Part shown: in pieces, positions 10,058 through 19,066 of the stretch
Layout of the letters: the number at the start of each line of letters is the position of its first letter
Position numbering within the stretch: the first letter of the stretch is position 1
Source of the DNA: Candidatus Poribacteria bacterium
GTDB taxonomy: Bacteria; Poribacteria; WGA-4E; PCPOR2b
DNA length: 64,000 bases
Reading direction: 5' to 3'
Assembly (NCBI GenBank): GCA_965218095.1
Contig: OZ244587.1
Location: forward strand, 2,432,001 to 2,496,000
Translations under genes and position numbers: made by a program
The notes under the pieces: model-generated
Database searches by the model: none
What the model was told of the DNA's origin: nothing
Seen by the model: only the letters and a program-made list of their open reading frames with translations

Positions 10058-10254
10058 TACCAATTCTGATAAAGAGTCACGCATTGTTGAAACGAGGGAG
10101 CGAGCGGGCAAGCAGAAGAAGAAAATGAGCAAGTGAGAGCGTCAAGCTGTCGCTTCTCACTTGCTCACCTGCTCATTGTCTCTTCTTCCCTCACTTTCTC
10201 ATTGTCTCTGCGCTTTCTGTCCGAATCGTGCGACAAAATTATTCAGAAACGGTA
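10058..10254. mobile_element. Candidate MITE (about 197 bp) with internal inverted octamer tracts
   Basis: Left end TACCAATTCTGATAA..GTCACGCATT; right end (reverse complement) TACCGTTTCTGAATAA..GTCGCACGATT. TTA direct repeats at 10055-10057 and 10255-10257. Internal 13-bp inverted repeat TGAGCAAGTGAGA/TCTCACTTGCTCA. Confidence 0.65.
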
Positions 10255-10264
10255 TTACTAACGG

Positions 10265-11074
10265 CTAAAGTTCCTGGGTTTTAATCCACTCCGCGAAATC
10301 TGCGTTGATCTCCTCCGACCAACCCCCATCGATTTCACCGGGCGTATACTTCCCTTCCTGCAAGCGTTGATGCCCAAAGCGGTCACGCATGCGGATCTCC
10401 TCGGAGCGTTCAACGACCTCCTGCGCTAGGTGCGGCGGGATGAAAATGACCCCCTCGCGTCTGCCGAGCACGATATCTCCCGGAAGGACTGTCGTCTCGC
10501 CGATGCGGACAGGAATATTGATTCCCGTCAAAGTAACATCGGCGATGGCGGTGGGGTCAACCCCGCGTACAAAAGTTGCAAAATTCGGCAGCCTATAAAT
10601 GCCGTCGAGGTCACGGATGCCTCCGTCAATTACCATACCAGTTCTGCTGCGTGCAAAAATCGCATTGCCGAGGTTGTCGCCCGCGAAAGTGCCGTTCTTC
10701 ACCTTGCCAAACAGGTCGACAACGATGGTGTCATTTTCGACAAGGGTATCAATCACCCACGAGTTTTGTCCGCCGATGCGTTCATCTTTCTGCCCCTGTT
10801 CCGCGACGACGTTTTGTAAGTCTGGTCGTAGCGGAACAAACATGCACGTCACCGCCCTTCCGACCAAAACACGGTCTGGATGCAGGTTCACCCAATCCCC
10901 GACAAACTGAAAACGGTAGCCGCGCCCTTGAAGTACACCCCACGCCTCCTCGATCGTCACCTTTTTCATCCGTTCAAGAATGTCGTTCCACACGCGAGGT
11001 CTACCATCGGGAAAACGTTCGCCTTTCCATTCTTTGGTGATTTCGAGGATACTTTCTTTGTTGATGAGTTTCAC
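10265..11074 (-). CDS. RraA family protein (HMG/CHA aldolase-like)
   Basis: LVGRAVT, GTFAGDNLG, VIDGGIRD, INIPVRIG, VLPGDIVLG, GVIFIP. Confidence 0.9.
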   Translation of the reverse strand: MKLINKESILEITKEWKGERFPDGRPRVWNDILERMKKVTIEEAWGVLQGRGYRFQFVGDWVNLHPDRVLVGRAVTCMFVPLRPDLQNVVAEQGQKDERIGGQNSWVIDTLVENDTIVVDLFGKVKNGTFAGDNLGNAIFARSRTGMVIDGGIRDLDGIYRLPNFATFVRGVDPTAIADVTLTGINIPVRIGETTVLPGDIVLGRREGVIFIPPHLAQEVVERSEEIRMRDRFGHQRLQEGKYTPGEIDGGWSEEINADFAEWIKTQEL

Positions 11075-11121
11075 GATTTCATTGTCCTTCCACGCTGAAT
11101 GAAGATGGATGCGTTTCCTCT

Positions 11122-11979
11122 TTACTCAAGCCCTGCCTGTTTCCAAACTTTATCCAGCGATTCAGCGGCGGAGTTTGCGGCGTCTCGCGGTTCCATCGCG
11201 TTGACCTTCGCGCTGAAGGGCTCGGCCGTCACAGGACCGTCGTAGCCGATGTCGTTGAGAATTTGCATCAATTCGGCGAGTGGAATCACACCCGTCTCGG
11301 CAGGGAGGCAGCGCACGTTGTCGATCTGATCATCGGGGTCAATGCCCGTAGGAGCGTCGTTGATGTGGACATATACGACGTCCGCTTTGGAGAGTTTTCT
11401 GACGTCATCCAGCGTAGCGCGGCAGGTGTACCAGTGCCACATATCGAATAGCAGTCCGACGTTGCCCGTGCCGATTGCGGCGGCAAGGCCGAGCACGGCG
11501 TCCATCGTGTAAGTAAAAAGATACTTGGCCGATTTGCGGCTCGTCGCCGGACCGATAAACTCAAAGCCGAGCGAATGCCCATAATTCTTCAAGACCTCCG
11601 CAACGGGACGCAGCCGTTTGATGTGGAAATCCCAGTTCTCTTGGAAGGGGCGCTCATCCGAGCAGGGCGACACGACGGTCGTCGTGCGATGGCAGCCGAG
11701 GTCTGTGGCGAGTTTCGCCAGGTCGGGCAGCCGTGAGAGGCTTTCGTCGTACTCCGCGTCGCTGCCGCGATAGTTGACCGGCAGCCCCCAACCGCCCATC
11801 TTCAAGCCCGCCTCCGCCCAGAGATTTTTGACGTAATCAACGGAGTGTTCACCTGCCAGTGTATTCGCTTCGCCAATGTTAAGGTCTAGCCCCCCGAAGC
11901 CCGCCGACTTTGCCAATGCTAGCCCTTCCTCTATATTCGTCTGAATGGCGATGGCGCCAGGACTCAGGTTTTTGAACAT
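11122..11979 (-). CDS. Sugar phosphate isomerase/epimerase (xylose isomerase-like TIM barrel)
   Basis: LGFEFIGP, GLLFDMWHW, VHINDA, RCLP, GYDGPVTAEPF. Confidence 0.9.
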   Translation of the reverse strand: MFKNLSPGAIAIQTNIEEGLALAKSAGFGGLDLNIGEANTLAGEHSVDYVKNLWAEAGLKMGGWGLPVNYRGSDAEYDESLSRLPDLAKLATDLGCHRTTTVVSPCSDERPFQENWDFHIKRLRPVAEVLKNYGHSLGFEFIGPATSRKSAKYLFTYTMDAVLGLAAAIGTGNVGLLFDMWHWYTCRATLDDVRKLSKADVVYVHINDAPTGIDPDDQIDNVRCLPAETGVIPLAELMQILNDIGYDGPVTAEPFSAKVNAMEPRDAANSAAESLDKVWKQAGLE

Positions 11980-12045
11980 GATCTATCCTCCTCTATCAAA
12001 GCAACGTTAATTTTCATATCCATCCTTTGTCGGTTGCGATTTCGG

Positions 12046-12440
12046 CTAATACCGTATCAAGTGACGGGGCGGCAGCCTCCATGACATTCTCCCCTCCAAG
12101 GTGCTTATGTTCAAGCGAAGGCAGCGGTAGTTTGTGACGTGCATCTGCTCGCCATCCGCCCCCCGTGATTCGCTGTGCATCCAGTATGCCAACCCCTCCA
12201 ACCGGCGGCGCACCTCTGTATCGCGGATGAGTTCGCTGCGTCTATCGGTCAGGGCGGGCCGGTTGTGCTCCCGCTGCCAAGTATAGAGCAGGGCTTCCGT
12301 GCATTTATCGTAGAACTTAATTCGCTCATTCGGGAGCTCCGCGCTCCCTGGTGTCCGCCACCTCGTCCAACCCGTCGAACAGGACGATACACCATCCCGC
12401 CTCCAGATACGGCTGGAAGTAATCATCCGGCAGATCTAAG
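12046..12440 (-). pseudogene. NACHT (STAND) NTPase remnant with internal deletion
   Basis: One frame gives YLEAGWCIVLFDGLDEVADTRER (Walker B). It is joined near 12340, out of frame, to LPNERIKFYDKCTEALLYTW...LEGLAYWMH (post-NACHT helical region). Confidence 0.75.
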
Positions 12441-12490
12441 TGTGAAACAACGAAGCATCTCATCGCGATTTGCTCCGCTGTTTCACAGAT

Positions 12491-13354
12491 TCATTGAGTT
12501 TTCCTCTGAGCAAAGATGGGGCTCTCCAGAAGCGTTTGAACTTCGTAGATTGACCCCTTGCGCTCGGCCTGGGGTTGGGGAATGCGAATGGGAGCGGGGA
12601 CGACACGTGGCTGATTCGTTGGTTCGCCACGCAGGACAAGGGTTTTGAAAGTATTCCAATCGGCGCCGGACAACGGCCACGCATCAACGGCGTAGTACTG
12701 ATAGAGCAGTAGACGGCGGGGTTTGTTGGAAGTGTTAGGCGCGGAGCCGTGCAGCGTGCGGACATGATGGATCGAGATGCCACCGGCCTTGACTTCGACG
12801 GGGACAGCGTTATCCGGATTGAAATTAGGATCTGTGACTGCACCGACGAAAACACCGTTCTGGTGATGGTCATAGATTGGACCTTTATGGGAGCCAGGAA
12901 CGACCATCAAACAGCCGTTTTCGATCGACATATCATCAATCACCACGCCAACTGCCAGCAGATCGTCGTTTGTGTAGGGATAGAACGCCCAATCCTGATG
13001 CCATTCGACGGGACTGCCGAACTCAGGATATTTCATGTTGAGTTTGTTGCCATTATAGCTGACGCCAGGCCCAATCAATTGCTCGACGATGTCGAGAATG
13101 CGGTCGTGACGTAACGCCTGGTCATAGACAATATGATTCGATGCGGGGTTTTTGATCCGACGCACACGCGGGGCTTCGGAGGTATGCCCCGGTTCGAGGT
13201 CGAAAACATCGGTGTGTTCGGCGACCTCGCGGGATTTCTCGACAAATTCATCCGTGACACGACGCAGATCAGCAACCTCTGCCGCCGAAAGCACATTTTC
13301 GACGCCGAGGTAGCCGTTTTCATGGTAAAAGTTGATTTGTTGCTGTGTTAGCAT
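12491..13354 (-). CDS. Phytanoyl-CoA dioxygenase (PhyH) family protein
   Basis: FYHENGYL, WHQD, NGCLMVVPGSH, HGSAPNTSNKPRR. Confidence 0.93.
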   Translation of the reverse strand: MLTQQQINFYHENGYLGVENVLSAAEVADLRRVTDEFVEKSREVAEHTDVFDLEPGHTSEAPRVRRIKNPASNHIVYDQALRHDRILDIVEQLIGPGVSYNGNKLNMKYPEFGSPVEWHQDWAFYPYTNDDLLAVGVVIDDMSIENGCLMVVPGSHKGPIYDHHQNGVFVGAVTDPNFNPDNAVPVEVKAGGISIHHVRTLHGSAPNTSNKPRRLLLYQYYAVDAWPLSGADWNTFKTLVLRGEPTNQPRVVPAPIRIPQPQAERKGSIYEVQTLLESPIFAQRKTQ

Positions 13355-13385
13355 GTGTAACTCCTTTCAGAAAATGTAAAGGTTT

Positions 13386-13770
13386 TCAACTCATCTCAAT
13401 TTCAGAAATACTGCTGGCGATGGCAGCCTTCTCAAGAAGGGCGTCAAGGCGGGAAAGGCTGCGAATGGTCTTCACCTGCTTTACAACAGATTCGGGAATG
13501 TCACCAAATCTGATTTGCATGATTTTGAGGACATCTGCTCGTTTTGCCTTGAGTGCTCCACATTTCTCGCCTTGCTCAACGAAATATTCAGCAATTGTTT
13601 GTGCCATCTCTTCACCCTCCTTTCCTGCTTTTCTCTCTTTGATGCCTTGAGAGATAATTTCCATCTGGTGGTCGCCTGTGATAGATCAACAACACAAGAT
13701 AATACATCGCTTGCGTCCACTGATAGACCTCTTCCTCCGGTAAATTCAATAATCTTTCGACAACACGTTT
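13386..13770 (-). pseudogene. C-terminal remnant of an Rpn / PD-(D/E)XK transposase-like protein, truncated by the IS
   Basis: Two frames: QWTQAMYYLVLLIYHRR, then MAQTIAEYFVEQGEKCG...IRFGDIPESV...LDALLEKAAIASS; abuts the IS left end. Confidence 0.7.
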
Positions 13771-13772
13771 TA

Positions 13773-14591
13773 GGTTCTGTTGACATTTCAAGGGAGCCAT
13801 ATAAGAGTGGAGACAAAGCTGAGAAATCCAAAATAACGAATAGCTAACTTCTCAAACCGAGAGAAGATGCGGCGATACCATTTTATCTTGTTAATGAAAC
13901 ACTCAACCCGATGTCTCTCTTTGTACAGATGTTTGTCGTAATCTCTTTGATCCACACGATGACTTTTGGGCGGTATCACCGCAATCGCTCCATTCGCCTC
14001 AATAACCGCGATAAAATTGTCGGAGTCATATCCCTTGTCTCCAATCACATACTCGCTTTTATATCCAAGTATCAACGCTTCTGCTTCCGCTATGTCGTTT
14101 CTTTGACCGGGCGTCAGATGTATTCTTAGTGGATTACCCAGGCCGTCAACGGTGATGTGAATTTTTGTACTGAATCCCCCGCGAGAGCAGCCTAACGCTT
14201 GGTTTTCAGTGCCACCTTTTTTTTTCGGCACCCGCCGCACACGGGTGCGCTCGAATGATTGTACTGTCCACAATAAGCGACTCGATATCGGGGTCGGCGG
14301 CGAAGTGGTGGTGGATCTGTGTGAAGCCCCCTTTGTCGCACCACCGAGCAAAACGCTTATAGAGGGTGTTCGATTTACCATAGGTGTCTGGCAGAATCCG
14401 CCATTGAGCACCGCTACGGGTCGCCCAGAGAACAGTTTCGATAAAGCGGCGTGTTATCGCTTCGTTGCCAACATAGATGGTGGGACAAGTTAGAAGAAAC
14501 GAGTATATCTTATTCCATTGGTCATCGGGTAAGGTTATTGGCATCATTCTTCTATTATGCCACAACCTTATACTCAAATGTCAACAGAACC
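13773..14591 (-). mobile_element. IS5-family insertion sequence (IS427-like group), 819 bp
   Basis: Perfect 16-bp terminal inverted repeats GGTTCTGTTGACATTT (13773-13788) and AAATGTCAACAGAACC (14576-14591), with TA on both flanks. Confidence 0.93.
13788..14547 (-). CDS. IS5-family transposase, orfA/orfB joined by a probable programmed -1 frameshift
   Basis: orfA: RSGAQWRILP, DSTIIRAH. orfB: SRGGFSTKIH, GDKGYDSD, YKERHRVE. A9 slippery run at 14217-14225 in the overlap. Confidence 0.9.
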
Positions 14592-14766
14592 TAGTACTTG
14601 AGTCGATGTTCCCGCCTGCCGCCAATCACAGCCACCTCGAAATCGTTCCCTGCAACGAGGTCCGGGAGGTGCATCCGACAAACGATGCCCCCTAATCTAA
14701 TCTTCTCCATATCCTCTCCCATTTGATTAAGTGTACTGCCCACCGCCAGAAACTGCGCTTTTCGGC

Positions 14767-14830
14767 TGTCACTCTGAGGCTTTGCGAAGAATCTCGGCGT
14801 AAGAGATCCTTCACTTCGTTCAGGAGGACA
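14767..14830. repeat. REP-like palindromic element (GTCATyCTGAGC..GAAG..TCTC type)
   Basis: TGTCACTCTGAGGCTTTGCGAAGAATCTC, loop, GAGATCCTTCACTTCGTTCAGGAGGACA; imperfect inverted pair. Confidence 0.75.
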
Positions 14831-15324
14831 GATGCCACCAAAAATGCATTTGATACGGCGTTGAGTATAACAGCATCTCCCACCAATAGTTTACCAGAAT
14901 TTTGCGTTTTCCTCAACACTTTTTCTTCTTCTAAAAACTCTAATTACCCAGATTGATCCTGCCGGAGTAGACGCAATTTGCAAATTCTTCTTGACAACCA
15001 ACTCAATCTACGTCAAAATATTCACATTTCAGGGTGTGCTGCACCATTTATACGCAGTTGAAACCGACACACCTGAGACAGTTGCAAACTCGCGTCGGCC
15101 CACCTGTGAGGCGGGATTGCCTATGTCGAGAACCAAAAGGATCTGATTGATTGCTATCGTGAGAACTTCATCTACATGCAGGGCGGGGGTGGTCTGGCGT
15201 GACCCCAAATTCATCTAACCTGGTAGCTGTCGGCAATTGAGTGGGATGACTTAAACTGTAGAGACCTGCATACAACGTCTCTACAATCTCTCTATGTTTC
15301 AATTCCACAGTATGAGTTTCACCT

Positions 15325-15798
15325 ATGGCTCTTATTCTAAAACAACCGGATAGGGACTCAATCATTCTGAAACGCAGTCTTGCCGCGCGACTCTCTGGCC
15401 TGATTTGGCTTGCCGGGGCGGGGAGTATTATGTTCATGTTCAATGGGGACAACCGGATATGGATTGTTTTGCCCTGTTTCCTCATTGGTATACACCTCTT
15501 AACTTATTCCCCGCGGATTAAAATTCGGCTTCTGGAGCGCGATATCCTGTGGCAACGCCGCATCTTGCTCCTCTTTGCCCAGGAACGACCATTGCCATTT
15601 GCCGGGATTCGCTCCGTGAGGATTGGGGCTCATGGCAGATTCTTTAAGGTGTGGCGCCTTTATTTTTTTCTTGTGGATGCTTCAAGGCTCTCGATTACCC
15701 ACTCCTATTTGTTAGACCGGATCGAAGCGCAGGGAGATGAATTGGCATGGGCCATCGGAAAGCCGCTTGTATATGAAGAGGGAAATCGCACAAGATAA
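15325..15798 (+). CDS. Hypothetical membrane protein (2 TM plus a soluble, possibly PH-like domain)
   Basis: Two hydrophobic segments followed by a beta-rich domain (LPFAGIRSVRIG); 157 aa. Confidence 0.6.
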   Translation: MALILKQPDRDSIILKRSLAARLSGLIWLAGAGSIMFMFNGDNRIWIVLPCFLIGIHLLTYSPRIKIRLLERDILWQRRILLLFAQERPLPFAGIRSVRIGAHGRFFKVWRLYFFLVDASRLSITHSYLLDRIEAQGDELAWAIGKPLVYEEGNRTR

Positions 15799-15957
15799 AG
15801 AAAAGATAATGAAGGGATTCACAGATACCTATCGATTTTTCAGGATGCTCAATTTAGAAAAGGCACATGCCCGATTAGAGGAACAACAATCATCCAGCCC
15901 GAGTGGGTGATTGTGTAACGAGAAAGATTGGGATTTTACTGAAAAGGAGACACAACA

Positions 15958-16578
15958 ATGCCCGGAGCAACAACACTCTACTTTCCGGAGGTCGGTCCTG
16001 TTTGGGAAGATTGGGTACAGGTCACCAACGTTGGAAGTGAATCGATAAAAGTGTTAGCTATCGCAAGACATTCACGCACCGCCGATCCAGTGTGGTCTGA
16101 AGATAAGACGATTGATTCATTTGAATGCTGGACACCGAATGTAGAAGCAATAAAAGAGGAGTGTTCGATGCAGTTTAGCGCGGATGGGCCCATCGTCGCG
16201 GAACGGCACATGCACAAAGGGACAAACGTTCTGGATTTTGTCGGCGCCGCCATCGAATACGAAACGGTTGGTCAGTGTCTTTTCTTTCCAGAGCTGGTTT
16301 CTGGAGCGTGGGATTGGTTCCGTTTTTTGAACGTGGGGGAGACTGATGCCCTGATTAATATGATAATCCGAACTAGAAATGGGGACGTTATTAGACAACA
16401 TCAGCATACGATTCCTTCCCTATGCTGTTGGGATGTGGATGAGCAGGTCATGGGGAATGTGGTCGGAACCGTCGAGGTCCAGAGCACGCAGCCGATTGTG
16501 GGTGAACGGCACATGCACTATACGCACGCACACGCTGGAGTGGTTGTCGGTGAATATGGGGTTGTCATTGGGGAATGA
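15958..16578 (+). CDS. Hypothetical protein with two tandem repeats of about 100 aa
   Basis: LYFPE..WEDWVQVTNVG...PIVAERHMH is repeated as LFFPE..WDWFRFLNVG...PIVGERHMH; RBS AAGGAG. Confidence 0.8.
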   Translation: MPGATTLYFPEVGPVWEDWVQVTNVGSESIKVLAIARHSRTADPVWSEDKTIDSFECWTPNVEAIKEECSMQFSADGPIVAERHMHKGTNVLDFVGAAIEYETVGQCLFFPELVSGAWDWFRFLNVGETDALINMIIRTRNGDVIRQHQHTIPSLCCWDVDEQVMGNVVGTVEVQSTQPIVGERHMHYTHAHAGVVVGEYGVVIGE

Positions 16579-16611
16579 TGAACAGCATACAACTAGAAAG
16601 GACAGATCTTC

Positions 16612-17787
16612 ATGGCGAGCGAACTCAAAGTAGGTTTGGTGGGCGTCCCACGCGGCTCGGGGTTCATCCGAGCCTTTCAGACAGTGAGTGAAACAGCCCT
16701 CGTCGCCATTTGCGATATTAATCCCGAAGTCTTAAATCGGGTGGGCGATCAACACGGGGTCAAGGCGCGATACACCGACTTTGAAAAGATGGCAAAGTCA
16801 GACCTCGACGTCATCCTTGTTTCTACACCGATGCCCTTGCATGTGCCGCAAGCTGTCATTGCGCTTGAGGAAGGGAAGCACGTTCTCTCCGAAGTCCCTG
16901 CGGCAACGGACCTTGAACAGTGTTGGTGCCTCGTCAATGCCGTCAAAAGCAGCGGGAAGAAGTACATGATGGCAGAGAATTATACCTACATGAAACCAAA
17001 TGTGCTTATCCGCGAGCTTGCCCGGCGCGGCTTGTTTGGTGAGGTTTATTTCGGCGAAGGTGCGTATATTCATGAGTTGAAAGCGCATAACGAAATCACT
17101 AAGTGGCGGCGAAAATGGCAGGCCGGACGTAACGGGTGCACGTATCCGACGCATAGCCTTGGTCCCGTGTTGCAGTGGTTCGAAGAGCGCGTCCTAACGG
17201 TTTCCTGTTTCGGTACGGGACATCATTATCGCGATCCACGCGGGGATTACTACGAGAACGAGGATAGCACGACGATGATGTGCAAGACGACCAACGGCGG
17301 ACTGATCGAAATCCGGGTTGATATGTTGTCCAACCGTCCGCACAATCTCACCTATTACAGTCTGCAAGGAACGCAGGGTTGCTACGAGGCCCCACGCGGT
17401 TTTGGGGATACTCCGAAGATCTGGTTGGCGGACTACGCGGATAAGATGGAGTGGCGTTCGTTGTGGGATTTCGAGGCAGAGTTTATGCCGGAGATGTGGC
17501 GCAATCCGCCGGAGGAAGCTCTGCGCGCCGGGCATGGCAGTGGGGACTATTTCGAGGTCCGGGAGTTCGTTGATTCGATTATCAAGGACACGAAGCCCCC
17601 AATCGATGTTTACGAAGCCCTTGACATGACGGCGCCGGGGTTGGTTTCGGAGGCGTCGATTAATCAGGGTGGAATTCCACTGCCTGTGCCGGATTTCCGG
17701 GAGATTCAGAAATTTCCGGACGATCTTCCCGAATCGTTGAGAAATAGCAAGATTATTTCGGTTCCGATAGAACCGCTAATTCCGTAG
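16612..17787 (+). CDS. Gfo/Idh/MocA family oxidoreductase
   Basis: GKHVLSEVPAA, YMMAENY, GEGAYIH, YPTHSLGP, AGHGSGDY. Confidence 0.92.
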   Translation: MASELKVGLVGVPRGSGFIRAFQTVSETALVAICDINPEVLNRVGDQHGVKARYTDFEKMAKSDLDVILVSTPMPLHVPQAVIALEEGKHVLSEVPAATDLEQCWCLVNAVKSSGKKYMMAENYTYMKPNVLIRELARRGLFGEVYFGEGAYIHELKAHNEITKWRRKWQAGRNGCTYPTHSLGPVLQWFEERVLTVSCFGTGHHYRDPRGDYYENEDSTTMMCKTTNGGLIEIRVDMLSNRPHNLTYYSLQGTQGCYEAPRGFGDTPKIWLADYADKMEWRSLWDFEAEFMPEMWRNPPEEALRAGHGSGDYFEVREFVDSIIKDTKPPIDVYEALDMTAPGLVSEASINQGGIPLPVPDFREIQKFPDDLPESLRNSKIISVPIEPLIP

Positions 17788-17793
17788 GAATCC

Positions 17794-17826
17794 AACCTTG
17801 CAAAGGTTTGAAACCTTCGCAAGGTT
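17794..17826. repeat. REP-like double palindrome (AACCTT-N4-AAGGTT twice)
   Basis: AACCTTGCAAAGGTTTGAAACCTTCGCAAGGTT; related copies at 20147, 49831 and 51979. Confidence 0.8.
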
Positions 17827-17840
17827 CAAGCTATTTCCGC

Positions 17841-17869
17841 TTGACACTTCGCTTTTTTCGGTATATCGT
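17841..17869 (+). promoter_or_regulatory. Putative sigma70 promoter of the PhyH gene
   Basis: TTGACA-N17-TATCGT, 45 bp upstream of ATG 17915. Confidence 0.55.
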
Positions 17870-17914
17870 AGCCGCTTACATATTATCCCGTACATTATGA
17901 TGAGGAGATGATTT

Positions 17915-18730
17915 ATGAGCCAAACTTCAGGAAATGGAAACTATTTAGCCAATCAGATTGTCGGCGAAGAACAGATTCAGCAATGGGTTGACCAATTCTA
18001 CCGCGATGGCTTTCTGTTCCTGCAAGATGTGTTGCCGCCAGATTGGTGCACCCAAATGCACGAAGACCTGGATTGGGCATTGAAGGAAAATCCCAACGGT
18101 CTCAACAGTGTGAGTGAACGCACTGCACTCGCTCACCGGATGTTTGAAACCAGCGAAACGAATCTCAAGTTGTTTAATCTAGAGCCAATTGTCAGCTTCG
18201 CCGAAGCCCTTGTCGCCCCGAATTGTCATGTCATCCATAATAACTCCTTCCAGAGCCCACCGGGCGGCGGCATTACGGGATGGCATCAGGACGACGCCCC
18301 GCACTATACCATCACACACGGTGAGCCTCCTAAGAATATTCGCTTGTCGGTACTGTTTTTCACGGCAAACTACTATCTGACAGATGTCACCGAAATCAAG
18401 TATGGCGGCACAGAGGTGATTCCCGGCTCCCATCTGTTCGGAACCAGTCCACCGCCCGAGATGGAAGGAACCGAGTGGGAAGATAAGATTCATTACAACT
18501 TGGGGAAAGCCGGAAGCGTCATCATGTTCAACAATCAGGTGTGGCATCATGGGGGATTTAACCGAAGCAACCGGACACGCTATATTACACAGATTACCTA
18601 TGCCCGCCGCATGATTGGACACAAATACTATCCATTTATGAATTACACGATGCCTGAGCATATCTACAAAGATGCTAACCCAAAGTTACGCCGATTGCTC
18701 GGCTTCCTTGAACATGGGGCGTATGGTTAA
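17915..18730 (+). CDS. Phytanoyl-CoA dioxygenase (PhyH) family protein
   Basis: FYRDGFL, GWHQDD, YYLTDV, GGTEVIPGSH, NQVWH; RBS GAGGAG. Confidence 0.92.
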   Translation: MSQTSGNGNYLANQIVGEEQIQQWVDQFYRDGFLFLQDVLPPDWCTQMHEDLDWALKENPNGLNSVSERTALAHRMFETSETNLKLFNLEPIVSFAEALVAPNCHVIHNNSFQSPPGGGITGWHQDDAPHYTITHGEPPKNIRLSVLFFTANYYLTDVTEIKYGGTEVIPGSHLFGTSPPPEMEGTEWEDKIHYNLGKAGSVIMFNNQVWHHGGFNRSNRTRYITQITYARRMIGHKYYPFMNYTMPEHIYKDANPKLRRLLGFLEHGAYG

Positions 18731-19066
18731 TCGCAATAAAAAAATATAGGAGTAAATATCGTGGTTGATTTCACCCGCCTTATTGGAATTGCCAATGACG
18801 CCTTTGCTCTAAAAATAAAAATCCCCTCTATAAACAGGTATTATCGTGTTTTCCCAGACGTTATTATGAACACCGGTGGAGAAATCCTATCTTCAAATCT
18901 GTTTTTGACAATAGAGATTAGGTTCTGCTACGTTTTTGGCGAGTTGTCCTCTCTATTACCTGGACCCACCCATAATCTCAGAGGATTCAAGATTTCATGA
19001 GAAAATAAAAACCTTCGACAAGTTTATTCTTCATGACGTTTGGAATTGTTAAGGCGAAGAAGTTCC

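Noticed and set aside
18761-19000. 79-aa ORF with an AGGAG RBS
   Set aside because: No recognisable motifs; the AT-rich region may be a remnant on either strand.
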